DNA from: Candidatus Eiseniibacteriota bacterium
GTDB lineage: Bacteria; Eisenbacteria; RBG-16-71-46; DASYSL01
DNA: 64,000 nucleotides
Direction: 5' to 3'
Assembly: GCA_050733935.1 (NCBI GenBank)
Contig: JBOHUC010000024.1
Location: forward strand, 8,750 to 72,749
The position numbers and the translations under genes are program-made. Below are positions 30,161-39,753 of the stretch, one piece after another. Below the pieces are notes generated by a model. That model made no database searches and had not been told where the DNA came from. It saw only the letters and a list, made by a program, of their open reading frames with translations. The stretch's first letter is position 1. Each line of letters opens with the position of its first letter.

Positions 30161-30727
30161 CTACCGACCGAACTTGTTCTCCATCTTCTGATTGAAGGCG
30201 GTCGACTGGCCGCGCGGGATGCTGAGCGAGCGGAACGACGCGCCGCCTGCGTGCTTCGCAAGCAGCACGATCTGTCCCACATGATTCCCGTAGTGCGTGA
30301 GCTGACGATGGATCGCTGCGATCACTGTGTGCGGCTCGCCCCGGATCGTGATCGTCCTCTGGAGATCGTCCCCCTTGAGCGGCTCGAGGGCGGTGAACAG
30401 CGAGTTCCAGCCCGCCTGCCAGCGGGCCATGAGCGCTTCGCGCGTGTCGGCTTCGCCCGGCTCGAACTCGGTGTCGCGGTTCCGGTCCGGCTTCTCGCCG
30501 TCGCTCGTCAGGAAGTCGGTCCAGCGCGACCGCAGGTTTCCCGCGATGTGCTTGACCACGACCGCGATGCTGTCTCCTTCCGGCGCGGGCACGTCGAAGA
30601 ACGTGGCGTCGTCCACCTGGTCGAGTGCCTTCTCCGCGAGCTTCTTGAGACCGCGGAACTCTTCGATAGCGTTCGCAAGCACGAGATCGCCGACAGTGCC
30701 CTGCGTCCCGGCCGGATTGCCGCTCAT
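30161..30727 (-). CDS. DUF1572 family protein (DinB/YfiT-like fold)
   Basis: IAVVVKHIAGNLRSRWTDFLTSDGEKP...TIRGEPHTVIAAIHRQLTHYGNHVGQIVLLAK. The start is the internal ATG, and the Arg-rich upstream ORF portion is rejected. Coordinates follow ORF-table arithmetic. Confidence 0.7.
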   Translation of the reverse strand: MSGNPAGTQGTVGDLVLANAIEEFRGLKKLAEKALDQVDDATFFDVPAPEGDSIAVVVKHIAGNLRSRWTDFLTSDGEKPDRNRDTEFEPGEADTREALMARWQAGWNSLFTALEPLKGDDLQRTITIRGEPHTVIAAIHRQLTHYGNHVGQIVLLAKHAGGASFRSLSIPRGQSTAFNQKMENKFGR

Positions 30728-31368
30728 GTGCCACCTCCCATGGGATGCTGCGGCCACGCCGCAAGCGGTCGCCCGATCGCCTCGCGCGCGCGCCGGGCCT
30801 GTTCGAGATGCCGCTCCTGGTGGACTGCGATCGCCGCGAACCATGCGCCGAGACGCACACGAATGAGCGGGGTCGCGGCCGATCCCACGCGCACGCGGGA
30901 CAGCGCGAGGCCGCGCGCGCGCTCGACACGCGCGAGTAGCTCTTCCTGAAGGATCAAGAACGACTGCACCACACCCTCGATCGTGAGATGCGACCGCGGG
31001 ACGAACGCCCGGGGCGTGCGCATGCGCTGCGTCGGGCGGCCCTTCACGCTCGCGAGCGAGCGGACGAACAGGCGGTCGAACCATCCGTAGTCGATCGGAT
31101 TTGCGACGCCGGGCGTGACGTTACCCACGCCGCCCGATCGCTCCCGTGTCTTCTCGATGCCCCGATCGAGCCGGGGCAGCATGAGCCCGCCCTGCACGTT
31201 CAAATGATCGAGGCACTGTCCGACGGACCACGAACCTGGCTCCGGCTCGCGGATGAACTCGGCGGGAGAGAGTCCGTCGACGAGCGCTTGCGCGCGCACC
31301 TGATCCCGGTGGTATGCGCGCGCGCATTCGTCGAGATCGAGCGGCAGCGCAGCCGCGGGTTTCTTCAC
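30724..31368 (-). CDS. DinB family protein
   Basis: C-terminal HQERHLEQ motif. The GTG start is inferred at 31368, and the stop overlaps the DUF1572 start (ATGA). Confidence 0.5.
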   Translation of the reverse strand: MKKPAAALPLDLDECARAYHRDQVRAQALVDGLSPAEFIREPEPGSWSVGQCLDHLNVQGGLMLPRLDRGIEKTRERSGGVGNVTPGVANPIDYGWFDRLFVRSLASVKGRPTQRMRTPRAFVPRSHLTIEGVVQSFLILQEELLARVERARGLALSRVRVGSAATPLIRVRLGAWFAAIAVHQERHLEQARRAREAIGRPLAAWPQHPMGGGT

Positions 31369-31381
31369 CGGCGCGGAGCTC

Positions 31382-31891
31382 TCATCGCGACCCCCCGGAT
31401 GGACAGACAGCGCGGACGTACGGGAACTCGACCTTTCTCGACTTCCCGTCGACCGTCCCTTCGATCCAGGCCTCGAGCGAGCCGTCGCGCCCGCGGCGAT
31501 ACGCGACACGCTGCGGGAAGTCGTGCGTCGCGTTCTCGAACACGACAAGCGAGTCGGTGAGCGTGATCGACGTGAACGACGCCTGCGATTGACCTGACGG
31601 CAGCGAGGTGAACACGAGACGACCGTCCTTCTCCTCGATCCTGAGCTGCTCGTACTCGACCACGCGCTGTTCCGCGAGCGAGACCGTCCGGCTCGAGCCG
31701 AGCATGAGTCCCGCCGCCGGCGCCATCCACTGCTCTTCGACGAGACGCTTCGTGGATTCGCGCTTCCAGCAACCGGCGAGCCACTCGAGGCGCGCGAGCG
31801 CGGTCGGTGCGGTCGGCGCGGTCGGTGCGGCCGGTGCGGCCGGTGCGGCCGCGGCGCAGACGATCGCAGTCGCGACCCAGGCGGCGATCAA
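31382..31891 (-). CDS. NTF2-like/SnoaL-like fold small protein with an N-terminal PAAPTAP repeat
   Basis: LEWLAGCWKRE ... VVFEN ... FPQRVAYRR pattern. Putative TTG start overlapping the DUF1684 stop (TTGA), with GGAGGG upstream. Confidence 0.45.
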   Translation of the reverse strand: MIAAWVATAIVCAAAAPAAPAAPTAPTAPTALARLEWLAGCWKRESTKRLVEEQWMAPAAGLMLGSSRTVSLAEQRVVEYEQLRIEEKDGRLVFTSLPSGQSQASFTSITLTDSLVVFENATHDFPQRVAYRRGRDGSLEAWIEGTVDGKSRKVEFPYVRAVCPSGGSR

Positions 31892-32541
31892 TGACCCTCC
31901 ACGTCCAGCATGCCCGCCTCGATCGCAACCGGGAGCCAGTTCTCCCGTGGCGGCAGCGGACAGATCCACGTCGAATCGTAGGCGCAGTACGGGTTGTAGG
32001 CTTTGTTGAAATCGAGCACGAACTTGTGCGTGTCGAGGGAGTCGAGGTGAACGTACCGGCCACCGCCATAGGTCGCGATGCCGCTCGTCGAGTCCGCAAA
32101 CGCGATGAAGTACTGCTCGGGGTGCTCGAACGGCCGGTAGACGATGAGACGAAGCGTGTCTCCGCGGACGAGGAACGGATAGCTCCCGTACTCGAAGTAA
32201 GGCGAAGACTTCCCGCGGTTGTCCGGAAGCTGGATCGCCTTCGGCGGCCGGTAGCGCTCGAGATCCCCGACGAAGCGCCAGGTCGGAGCGTACGGATAGA
32301 AGCCAAGCTCCGCGAACGACGCCCGCATCTCCTCCGGGAGCGGCGAATCCGATCCGCGCATGACGTCGTCCCACTGCTGCTTGTGAGTTGCGAACTGGGA
32401 CTGAAGCATGGAGAGCGTCGCGGGCGGCAGCTCCTCGTTCCGTGCCGGCGGGACGGGACCTCCCTCGTCCTTCTTCGCGCAACCTGGAAGCAGGCCGCCC
32501 AACAACAGCAATGTGGCGGCGAGCCGCAGCGACCGCCTCAC
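31888..32541 (-). CDS. DUF1684 domain lipoprotein
   Basis: Lipobox LLPGC and the [13 protein letters not shown] signature. The GTG start overlaps the SPFH stop (GTGA). Confidence 0.75.
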   Translation of the reverse strand: MRRSLRLAATLLLLGGLLPGCAKKDEGGPVPPARNEELPPATLSMLQSQFATHKQQWDDVMRGSDSPLPEEMRASFAELGFYPYAPTWRFVGDLERYRPPKAIQLPDNRGKSSPYFEYGSYPFLVRGDTLRLIVYRPFEHPEQYFIAFADSTSGIATYGGGRYVHLDSLDTHKFVLDFNKAYNPYCAYDSTWICPLPPRENWLPVAIEAGMLDVEGH

Positions 32542-33296
32542 ACCTTCTTCTCCATGAACGCCTTGAGGAAGTCAATCGGCACCGGGAAGATGGTCGTCGA
32601 GTTGTTCTCGGTCGCCACCTCGGCGAGCGTCTGCAGGTAGCGGAGCTGAAGTGCCGCCGGCTCCCGGCCGATGATCGCCGCAGCCTCGGCGAGCCTTTGG
32701 GCCGCCTGGAACTCGCCCTCGGCGTTGATCACCTTCGCCCGGCGTTCGCGCTCGGCTTCGGCCTGGCGGGCAATCGCGCGCTGCATCTCCTGCGGCAGAT
32801 CCACGTGCTTCACTTCGACGACACTCACCTTCACGCCCCAGGGATCGGTCTGGTTGTCGATGATCTTCTGCAGATCCTGGTTGATCTTCTCGCGCTCGGA
32901 GAGGATCTCGTCGAGCTCGGCCTGACCGCAGATCGAGCGCAACGTGGTCTGCGCGATCTGGCTCGTCGCATACAGGTAGTTCTCGACTTCGACGACGGCG
33001 CGCGAGGCGTCGACGACGCGAAAGAAGATGACCGCGTTCACCTTGACCGAGACGTTGTCCCGCGTGATCACGTCCTGGGGCGGAACGTCCATGCTCACGG
33101 TTCGCAGGGAGACCTTGACCATCCGGTCCACGACCGGGATCAGGAAGATGAGCCCGGGCCCCTTCGTTCCGATGAGCCGGCCGAGTCGGAACACGACGGC
33201 GCGCTCGTACTCGCGCAGCACCTTGACGGCGCTTCCGAGGATGAGCACGAGCAGAATGACGAGCGGCAGCATGAATCCGGTGAAGATCTGTGTCAT
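32538..33296 (-). CDS. SPFH/band-7 (stomatin-like) protein
   Basis: TM segment plus SPFH core ([17 protein letters not shown] ... [16 protein letters not shown]) and a coiled-coil tail. ATGA overlap with nfeD. Confidence 0.85.
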   Translation of the reverse strand: MTQIFTGFMLPLVILLVLILGSAVKVLREYERAVVFRLGRLIGTKGPGLIFLIPVVDRMVKVSLRTVSMDVPPQDVITRDNVSVKVNAVIFFRVVDASRAVVEVENYLYATSQIAQTTLRSICGQAELDEILSEREKINQDLQKIIDNQTDPWGVKVSVVEVKHVDLPQEMQRAIARQAEAERERRAKVINAEGEFQAAQRLAEAAAIIGREPAALQLRYLQTLAEVATENNSTTIFPVPIDFLKAFMEKKV

Positions 33297-34702
33297 GGAG
33301 CCTTCGCCTCCATCGCGACCGCGGCGGTCGCGTCCCGGGTCTCGAGGGGCATCACGCGTGCGGTGAGCCCCTCGAGACGCACGATCTGAACCGCACTGCC
33401 CGCCCGGATGGGCGGTGCCCCCGGAGCCGCAAGCGCGCCCCAGATCTCGCCCCGCACCCGGACCTGTCCGGCCTGGGTCCCGCTGATGTCCGAGATCGCG
33501 ACTCCCTGTCCGCCCACGAGCCCCTCGGCCCCGGTCACGGGCTTCCGGCGCTGCGCCCTCAAGCCTGCGCCGAGCGCGAACAGGAAGAACGCGGCGACGC
33601 CGATGGTCGTGCTCGCGATCACGCCGAGCGAGACCCGAAACGCGGGCCCCGAAGCCGGATTGAAGAGGAGGAGCGAGCCCGCCACGAACGCGAGCACGCC
33701 GCCGGATGCGAGAATGCCGTGGCTCTGCACCTTGAGCTCGATCAGGAAGAACACCATCGCGAGCAGGATGAGGAGGAGCCCGCCCAGATTGACGGGCAGC
33801 GTCTGGAACGCGATGAGCGCGAGCACGAGGCAGATCGCACCGATCACTCCCGGCAGGATCGATCCCGGATTCGAGAGCTCGAACACGAGCCCGAGCGTCC
33901 CGAGATTGAACAGGATGTAAGCCACGGTCGGATCCGCGAGCGTCGAGAGGACGCGGTGACGGAGCGAGGGCTCGATCTGGTGCACGGTGGCGCCGGTGAG
34001 TTCGAGCGTGAGCTCGCCCGAGCGGACGCGCACCGTCCGTCCGTCGGCCTTCGCGAGGAGCTCGTGCACGTCCCTTGCGACGAAGTCGACGACGCCGAGC
34101 TCGATCGCTTCCTTCTCGGAAGCAGCGACCGCTTCGCGCACCGCACGCACGTTCCATGCGGCGTTCCGGCCGCGCTCCTTCGCGAGCGTTTCGATGAACG
34201 CGGCCGCGTCGTTCGTCGCCTTGCTCTTGAGCGTCGAGTCCATCGGCGCGCCCATCGCGACCGGCGAGGCGGCGCCGAGATTCGTGTTCGGGGCCATGGC
34301 CGCGACGTGGGAGGCCGTCACGATGAAGAGTCCGGCGGACGCGGCGCGCGAGCCTTCGGGCGCGACCCAGGTGATCACCGGCACGTTGCTCTTGAGGATG
34401 GCCTGCACGATCGAGCGCATCGAGGCGTCGAGTCCGCCGGGCGTGTCGAGCTCGATCACGAGCGCGGCACGATCGTTCTTCTCCGCACTCGCGATGGCGT
34501 GCGTCACCTGCTCGAGCACGATCGGCGAGATCACTTTGTCGACGCGGATGACGTCGGCGGAAGGCACGGCCGACGCGGCAGACGCGGCCGATGCGGCCGA
34601 CACGGCCGGCTCGGCGGCGCGAGCGGCGACCGGAACGGCCGGCGCGGCGACGGCGCTCAGCAGGACGGCGAGAAATGGAAGGTTCGGGAAGCGACGATGC
34701 AT
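33293..34702 (-). CDS. NfeD family membrane-bound ClpP-class serine protease
   Basis: Signal peptide, ClpP-like domain ([21 protein letters not shown] ... [12 protein letters not shown]), multi-TM region and a C-terminal OB-fold. Classic partner of SPFH. Confidence 0.8.
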   Translation of the reverse strand: MHRRFPNLPFLAVLLSAVAAPAVPVAARAAEPAVSAASAASAASAVPSADVIRVDKVISPIVLEQVTHAIASAEKNDRAALVIELDTPGGLDASMRSIVQAILKSNVPVITWVAPEGSRAASAGLFIVTASHVAAMAPNTNLGAASPVAMGAPMDSTLKSKATNDAAAFIETLAKERGRNAAWNVRAVREAVAASEKEAIELGVVDFVARDVHELLAKADGRTVRVRSGELTLELTGATVHQIEPSLRHRVLSTLADPTVAYILFNLGTLGLVFELSNPGSILPGVIGAICLVLALIAFQTLPVNLGGLLLILLAMVFFLIELKVQSHGILASGGVLAFVAGSLLLFNPASGPAFRVSLGVIASTTIGVAAFFLFALGAGLRAQRRKPVTGAEGLVGGQGVAISDISGTQAGQVRVRGEIWGALAAPGAPPIRAGSAVQIVRLEGLTARVMPLETRDATAAVAMEAKAP

Positions 34703-34806
34703 GCGGGCCTCGTGGAGCGCAGCATAGCGCACCCCGCGGCCGCGTGCTACGATGCCTCTACCCTGTGTCACCTCCGACCCCAGTCCTCCCGGAGGGTATC
34801 GCCGGA

Positions 34807-36906
34807 ATGGTTCGCTCTTCCGACCCCGTCGCGTCCGAGCGCCCCTTGCGCAAGGGCGCGGACGGACGTCCCACACGCGAAGCGCTCGAGCGTCAGAATT
34901 TCGAGCTCACCGCACTGCTCGAGATCGCGCGCGGACTCTTGTCCGCCGGCGATCCCGGACAGGCCGTGGGCCAGTTCCTGCTCTCCTGCGTGGCGGGTGT
35001 AGGGGCCGCGAGCGCTGCGGGCCTCCGCTGGGAGGCCGACCGCGGCCGGCTCAGGCTGTGGCGGCACTACGGCTATCAGGAAGCGATCGTCACCGACATC
35101 CGTCCGGTGCTCGACCCCGAAGACCTCGTCTTTCTCGAAAGCGCGGAAGCCCGGAGCGGCGTGTCACTCAAGCCGTCGCCCGGAAGCGATCGCTGCCGCG
35201 ACTTCGTGCGCCGAAACGGCGACTGGCTCGCGCGTCTCGATGCGCAGGCAATTGTCCCGCTCGTCGGTCGCGGCGGCTTCTACGGACTTGCGGTCTGGGG
35301 ACCACGCCTTCTCGGCGAGGACTACGGCGACGACGAGCTCGATCTTCTCGCGACCGCCGCCCAGCTCTGCACGCAGGCGCTCGAGAACCTCCTCTATCAC
35401 TCGACGGGAGCCGCGTCCGGTGAGCAGCCGACGTTCGGTCCGGTCGAACCGACCGAAGCTCCGGGCGCGCTCGAGCCCGACGCGGGACCGTCCGCGCATC
35501 TCGGCAAACTTTCGCTCTCGGAGCTGCGCCGGCGATTTCCGATCACGCAGGAGATCGTGGGCGAGAGCCCGACGTTCGAGCGCTTCTTCCGCGAAGTCGC
35601 GATGGTCGCGCCCGCGCGCTGCCCCGTGCTCATCCTTGGCGAAACCGGAACGGGCAAGGAGCTCGCGGCCCGCGCGATCCATCACCTCTCACCGCGCGCC
35701 GAGCGGCCGTTCGAGGTGGTCGACTGCGGCTCGATCCCGCGCGAGCTGATCGAGAGCGAGCTCTTCGGGCACGTGCGCGGCGCCTTCACGGGCGCGACAC
35801 GCGATCGCCGCGGCGCGTTCGAGCTCGCGAACGGCGGAACGCTGTTCCTCGACGAGATCGGCGAGCTCCCGAACGGCGCACAGACGCGCCTCCTCCGGGT
35901 TCTCCAGGAAGGACGCTTCCGCCGCGTCGGCGACGAGCGCGCGATCCAGGTGGACGTGCGCGTGGTCGCCGCCACGAACCGCGACCTTCTGAGCGAGGTC
36001 AAGGCCGGCCGATTCCGCGAAGATCTCTACTATCGTCTCAACGTGTTCTGCATCCGTCTGCCGGCGCTGCGCGAGCGGCGCCAGGACATCCCGCTCCTCG
36101 TCTCCCACGTCCTGGACCGGCTCGCCGACGATCTCGGCGGCCCGCCGCCGCGGCTTCCGACCGCCGTGCTCCGCCGCCTCGAGGAGTACGCGTTCCCGGG
36201 CAACATTCGGGAGCTTCGAAACCTCCTCACCGCCCTCGTGCTGCGCACGCAGGGTCGTGTGCCGACGCTCGAGGATCTCGACAATCTCCTCGAGCATTCG
36301 GAGGCGGGGCTCCTCGGGAACGGGTTCGCATCCCAGGGCGCGGGCCGCGAGGCGCGGCCGGCGTCGGGGCCGGGCTCGCGCTATCCGGATGCGCCCGCTC
36401 CGGTCGGTGCCGGGACTCCCTATCGCGATCCGGACGATGACGACGGCCCGTCGCCCTCGCGACCGCTCAAGCGCGACGTCGAGACGACCGGCGCCTGGGT
36501 GCTCGACCAGCTCCGTCGTTGCGACTTCAACCTGAGCCAGGCCGAGAGAAGCCTCGCGCGCCTCCGCCGCTCACCGGCCGGGCGAGCTGCAGCCCCGGTC
36601 GCCGACCGCTCGAGCCTCACGTATTACTTCCAGGGCGAATGCTTCAAGGCTTTCGCGGCCGCCGGCTTCGACCTGAAGCGCGCGGCGCGCGCGATCGCCG
36701 TCCTCCCCGACCTCGAGGATCGCGCCCGCGCCCGCCTCGAGGGCTACCTCGAATTCGTGATCGAGATCACGAACGAAGCGAACGATGACAACGACGCGCG
36801 GGAACGCTGCCGCGCGCGCCTTCCCAAGCTCCCCGCCCCCTACCTGCCGCACCTCGATGCAGTCGTCGACGCCTGTCGACGCGGAGGCTGGTCCCTCGGC
36901 AAGTAA
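34807..36906 (+). CDS. Sigma-54-dependent transcriptional activator (GAF, AAA+, HTH) with an extra C-terminal domain
   Basis: GETGTGKE Walker A, GAFTGA motif (HVRGAFTGA), the arginine-finger region, and an HTH with an insertion. RBS GGAGGG lies 10 nt before the ATG at 34807. Confidence 0.85.
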   Translation: MVRSSDPVASERPLRKGADGRPTREALERQNFELTALLEIARGLLSAGDPGQAVGQFLLSCVAGVGAASAAGLRWEADRGRLRLWRHYGYQEAIVTDIRPVLDPEDLVFLESAEARSGVSLKPSPGSDRCRDFVRRNGDWLARLDAQAIVPLVGRGGFYGLAVWGPRLLGEDYGDDELDLLATAAQLCTQALENLLYHSTGAASGEQPTFGPVEPTEAPGALEPDAGPSAHLGKLSLSELRRRFPITQEIVGESPTFERFFREVAMVAPARCPVLILGETGTGKELAARAIHHLSPRAERPFEVVDCGSIPRELIESELFGHVRGAFTGATRDRRGAFELANGGTLFLDEIGELPNGAQTRLLRVLQEGRFRRVGDERAIQVDVRVVAATNRDLLSEVKAGRFREDLYYRLNVFCIRLPALRERRQDIPLLVSHVLDRLADDLGGPPPRLPTAVLRRLEEYAFPGNIRELRNLLTALVLRTQGRVPTLEDLDNLLEHSEAGLLGNGFASQGAGREARPASGPGSRYPDAPAPVGAGTPYRDPDDDDGPSPSRPLKRDVETTGAWVLDQLRRCDFNLSQAERSLARLRRSPAGRAAAPVADRSSLTYYFQGECFKAFAAAGFDLKRAARAIAVLPDLEDRARARLEGYLEFVIEITNEANDDNDARERCRARLPKLPAPYLPHLDAVVDACRRGGWSLGK

Positions 36907-36927
36907 CGGTCCCGCTCCCGCGGCCGC

Positions 36928-37194
36928 CTAAGGCTGGTTCATCGGCGGAGGGGGCGGCGGTGGCGGCGGAGCGTTCCCGTCATTGCATCCGCTGAGATCC
37001 TCGAGGAATTCGTCGATCATGATGTAGATGTACGGCGCCTTGTCGCGCAGGAACTTGAAGATCGCACCTCCAAGCCGCGCCCAGGGGTTGTGTGTCTCGA
37101 TCGAGCTGCCGGCCATTGCCGCGCGCGGGGATGCGGCGAGGCTTCCCGCGGTCACGAGGGCGACGAGAGTAAGAAGGCTCACGAGCTTTCGCAT
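36928..37194 (-). CDS. Small secreted protein A with a poly-proline tail (paralog family)
   Basis: Signal peptide MRKLVSLLTLVALVTAGSLAA, core ...NPWARLGGAIFKFL...IDEFLEDL, and a C-terminal PPPPPPPPP. Confidence 0.55.
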   Translation of the reverse strand: MRKLVSLLTLVALVTAGSLAASPRAAMAGSSIETHNPWARLGGAIFKFLRDKAPYIYIMIDEFLEDLSGCNDGNAPPPPPPPPPMNQP

Positions 37195-37511
37195 GTGCGT
37201 GTCTCCGAAGGGGACCGTGTCTCCGACGGGGAACGTGTCCTCGCGAGGGCGGTGATGCGCCGAAGCGAACGCGCCGTCGAGGAGTGACGGCGCGTCACGT
37301 CGGCGAACGGCTCCCGGGCGACCACACGACGGATCGCACCGGGAACCGCACTTCGAATCGCGCGAGCGGCCCATCGCACGATGCCGCGGCCCGGACCCGC
37401 TTCCGCGGGAGTCCACGCGGGCTCCGCAAAAGCGCTGAGCAAGGCGAGAACGCCGAGCACCGCGAGCCCGACCACGACGAGCGATCGACGGACGCACGAG
37501 AGGCGAATCAA
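37179..37511 (-). CDS. Putative small secreted protein D (paralog family, weakest member)
   Basis: TTG start overlapping the stop of B (TTGA). Strong signal peptide (IRLSCVRRSLVVVGLAVLGVLALLSAFA). The mature part is Arg-rich, so this may be a spurious frame. Confidence 0.3.
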   Translation of the reverse strand: MIRLSCVRRSLVVVGLAVLGVLALLSAFAEPAWTPAEAGPGRGIVRWAARAIRSAVPGAIRRVVAREPFADVTRRHSSTARSLRRITALARTRSPSETRSPSETRTCESS

Positions 37512-37774
37512 CCGCTCGAATCCGCCGGCGGCCAGGGTGGATCCCCGGGAACCCACTGATCGATCACGTCCTCGAGGAACTCGAGCACCCGCTTGAGGGC
37601 CCGCCGGATCAACTCGACCGGCACGCGCGGAAGATCCCATCCCTGGATCTCGAACGAGGGTGTCCGGTCCCCGTCGTCTACACCGGCGACCGAAATCGGT
37701 GGAGCCGGGAGCCCGAGCGCGATGGCCAGCACGAGTACGAGCGCGAGCTTCAGGGGGCTTCTCCGGGCGCTCAT
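37508..37774 (-). CDS. Small secreted protein B with a Pro-rich tail (paralog family)
   Basis: ATGA overlap with C. Signal peptide, then ...RVLEFLEDVIDQW, then PGDPPWPP. Confidence 0.5.
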   Translation of the reverse strand: MSARRSPLKLALVLVLAIALGLPAPPISVAGVDDGDRTPSFEIQGWDLPRVPVELIRRALKRVLEFLEDVIDQWVPGDPPWPPADSSG

Positions 37775-38130
37775 TCCTGCTCGGGAGCGTTGCAGGATCC
37801 AGAAGCTGGCGACCCGGGTGCAGGGTCGCCGTGACCGGGACTGCGCGCAGGTTCGATGGCCGGTCCGGCCGCGGGACCGACAGGAACCGGAGCGATCATC
37901 GGGGGTCGGGGCGGCGGATTGTGGCGCTTTGCGCTCTCCCAGTATCCGCGCACGAGCTCGCTGATGCCATCGAGGCCGTCGAACATGGCGCGCGTGAGCC
38001 AGAGGCCGATGCGCGCGGCATCGTACGGATTGGCGGTGAACGCCGGGAGCGGGACGATCGGATGTGCCGGCGCGGAGCGCGGCACGAGGACGAGTCCGAT
38101 CGAGAGAAGAACGAACGCGAGAGATCGCAT
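37771..38130 (-). CDS. Small secreted protein C with a Pro-rich tail (paralog family)
   Basis: Signal peptide MRSLAFVLLSIGLVLV, core ...NPYDAARIGLWL...ISELVRGYWE, then a NPPPRPP...Pro/Gly/Ala-rich tail. RBS GAGG precedes the ATG at 38130. Confidence 0.55.
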   Translation of the reverse strand: MRSLAFVLLSIGLVLVPRSAPAHPIVPLPAFTANPYDAARIGLWLTRAMFDGLDGISELVRGYWESAKRHNPPPRPPMIAPVPVGPAAGPAIEPARSPGHGDPAPGSPASGSCNAPEQE

Positions 38131-38204
38131 GCGACCTCACGGCGGGAGCGGGCCCGGGGGCTCCCTTGGATCGACTGCGCCGGGGCCGCGCGAATCACGC
38201 GGAA

Positions 38205-38221
38205 CGCAAGCCGGGTGCCAG
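38205..38221 (-). promoter_or_regulatory. Sigma-54 (-24/-12) promoter
   Basis: The minus strand reads CTGGCACC-CGGC-TTGCG, matching TGGCACG-N4-TTGC. It lies about 75 nt upstream of gene C with no intervening ORF. Confidence 0.6.
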
Positions 38222-38378
38222 AAGGCAGACAGGCTCGAGTCGGCCACGCCCTGGCAGCGACACGCTCGCGTCCAACGAGTTAGGGACGAATCGTCTTCTG
38301 CAGACGCCCGAGACGCGCCGCAACTTCGCCGAACGAGGGACGCACGGCGTCGAGCGCTCGACGAATCGGCGGGTTAGA

Positions 38379-39314
38379 TCAGAGGATTCGCTTCCCGAGG
38401 GCAGACAGAAGGAGCTCGACGGCCAGATTGGCCGTCTGGTTGTGCTCGTCGAGCACCGGATTCACTTCCATGAGATCGAAGGCCATGAGGCGGCTCGAAT
38501 CCGACACCATCTCCATCGCAAGATGGGCCTCGCGATACGTGATGCCGCCGGGCACGGTCGTCCCGGTGCCCGGAGCGAACGACGGATCGATGCAGTCCAT
38601 GTCGAACGAGACATGAAGTCCGCCCGTTCCGTTGAGCGCGATCGCGAGCGCCTCCTCCATCACGGCCCGCATGCCCCGTTCGTCGATCTGGCGCATCGTG
38701 AACACGTGCACGCCAACCTGCTCGATGTTGCGCTTTTCACCCAGGTCGATCGAACGCGGGCCCACGAGCACGGCATTCTTCGGATGCACCTTGGGCTTGA
38801 AGCCCGCGATCTCGGTCATGTCCCGGTCGCCGAGCCCGACGGCGATCGCGAGCGCCATGCCGTGGATGTTCCCCGACGGAGTCGTCTCCGGCGTGTTCAT
38901 GTCGCCGTGCGCGTCGAACCAGATGAGGCCCATCGTCTCGTCGCGCTTCCTGAGATACGCGCCCAGGCCCGACGTCGAGCCGATCGCAACCGAGTGATCC
39001 CCGCCCAGGACGACGGGCAGGCACCCGTCGTCGAGCGACTGCTCGACTGCGATCGAAAGCTCGCGGCAGGTCTCGAGGATCGGCGCCTTGTACTTGAGCT
39101 TCGAGTCCCCGTGCTCCTGCTGCTCAGGAAGCTTGACGCGCACGTCGCCGAAATCCTCGACCGTGTATCCGAGCGCGCGCAGCCGGCTCCCGAGCTCGGC
39201 CACCCGCAGGGCCGAAGGGCCCATGTCCACGCCCCGCCGTCCGGCGCCCAGATCCATCGGGGCGCCGACCAGGCGGATGCGCTTGCTCGCGAGCACGCTC
39301 GGTACCGTCGACAT
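38379..39314 (-). CDS. rocF: Arginase (ureohydrolase family)
   Basis: GGDHSVAIG, DAHGDMNTP, SFDMDCIDP and GGITYRE manganese-binding motifs. Confidence 0.82.
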   Translation of the reverse strand: MSTVPSVLASKRIRLVGAPMDLGAGRRGVDMGPSALRVAELGSRLRALGYTVEDFGDVRVKLPEQQEHGDSKLKYKAPILETCRELSIAVEQSLDDGCLPVVLGGDHSVAIGSTSGLGAYLRKRDETMGLIWFDAHGDMNTPETTPSGNIHGMALAIAVGLGDRDMTEIAGFKPKVHPKNAVLVGPRSIDLGEKRNIEQVGVHVFTMRQIDERGMRAVMEEALAIALNGTGGLHVSFDMDCIDPSFAPGTGTTVPGGITYREAHLAMEMVSDSSRLMAFDLMEVNPVLDEHNQTANLAVELLLSALGKRIL

Positions 39315-39574
39315 AGTTACAAGTCCTTGGCTTGAGTGAAGTTGACGGGGCCCGTCCGGGCCGTCTCAAGGTCGAGTCTAGCCCACGGCCCGGGTGCGCT
39401 CAACCTCAGGGAAGGGCCAACATTCCGGGTTGTGCCGCGGGGATTCGAGGCGTAGCGTTTCTGTCGCTTCCGATGGCCCCGTTCGGCAAGCGCCGATGGG
39501 GCAAATGCCCGGGCGTGAAGACCCGGGCAAAGCGGGCCGATCCCGCCGGCGGTCACGCCGACGAGATCCCCCGC

Positions 39575-39612
39575 AAACCAAGGCCCGCCGCGGATCCGCC
39601 GCGGCGGGCTCG
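39575..39612 (+). terminator. Orphan Rho-independent terminator-like hairpin
   Basis: CCCGCCGCGG-ATCC-GCCGCGGCGGG followed by T8 on the plus strand. No annotated plus-strand CDS lies upstream. Confidence 0.45.
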
Positions 39613-39753
39613 TTTTTTTTCCATTCCCTGACAGCATCGCGCGCGCCGTCGTTGCCAACGCCGTTGTGCATCACGCAAAGTCGTGCGCGCAGTGACATCC
39701 CCCAAGTTCGCCGCTCGCGCCCACGTTCTCGCCCGCGCGACACGTCCTAAGAG

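Noticed and set aside
30728-31084. The N-terminal 119 aa of ORF 30161-31084.
   Set aside because: Arg-rich read-through upstream of the real DUF1572 start. It overlaps the DinB-like gene in another frame.
37505-37530. A TCGAATCC T-loop-like motif suggesting a tRNA.
   Set aside because: No flanking acceptor or anticodon stem can be drawn, and it lies inside the coding region of small secreted protein B.
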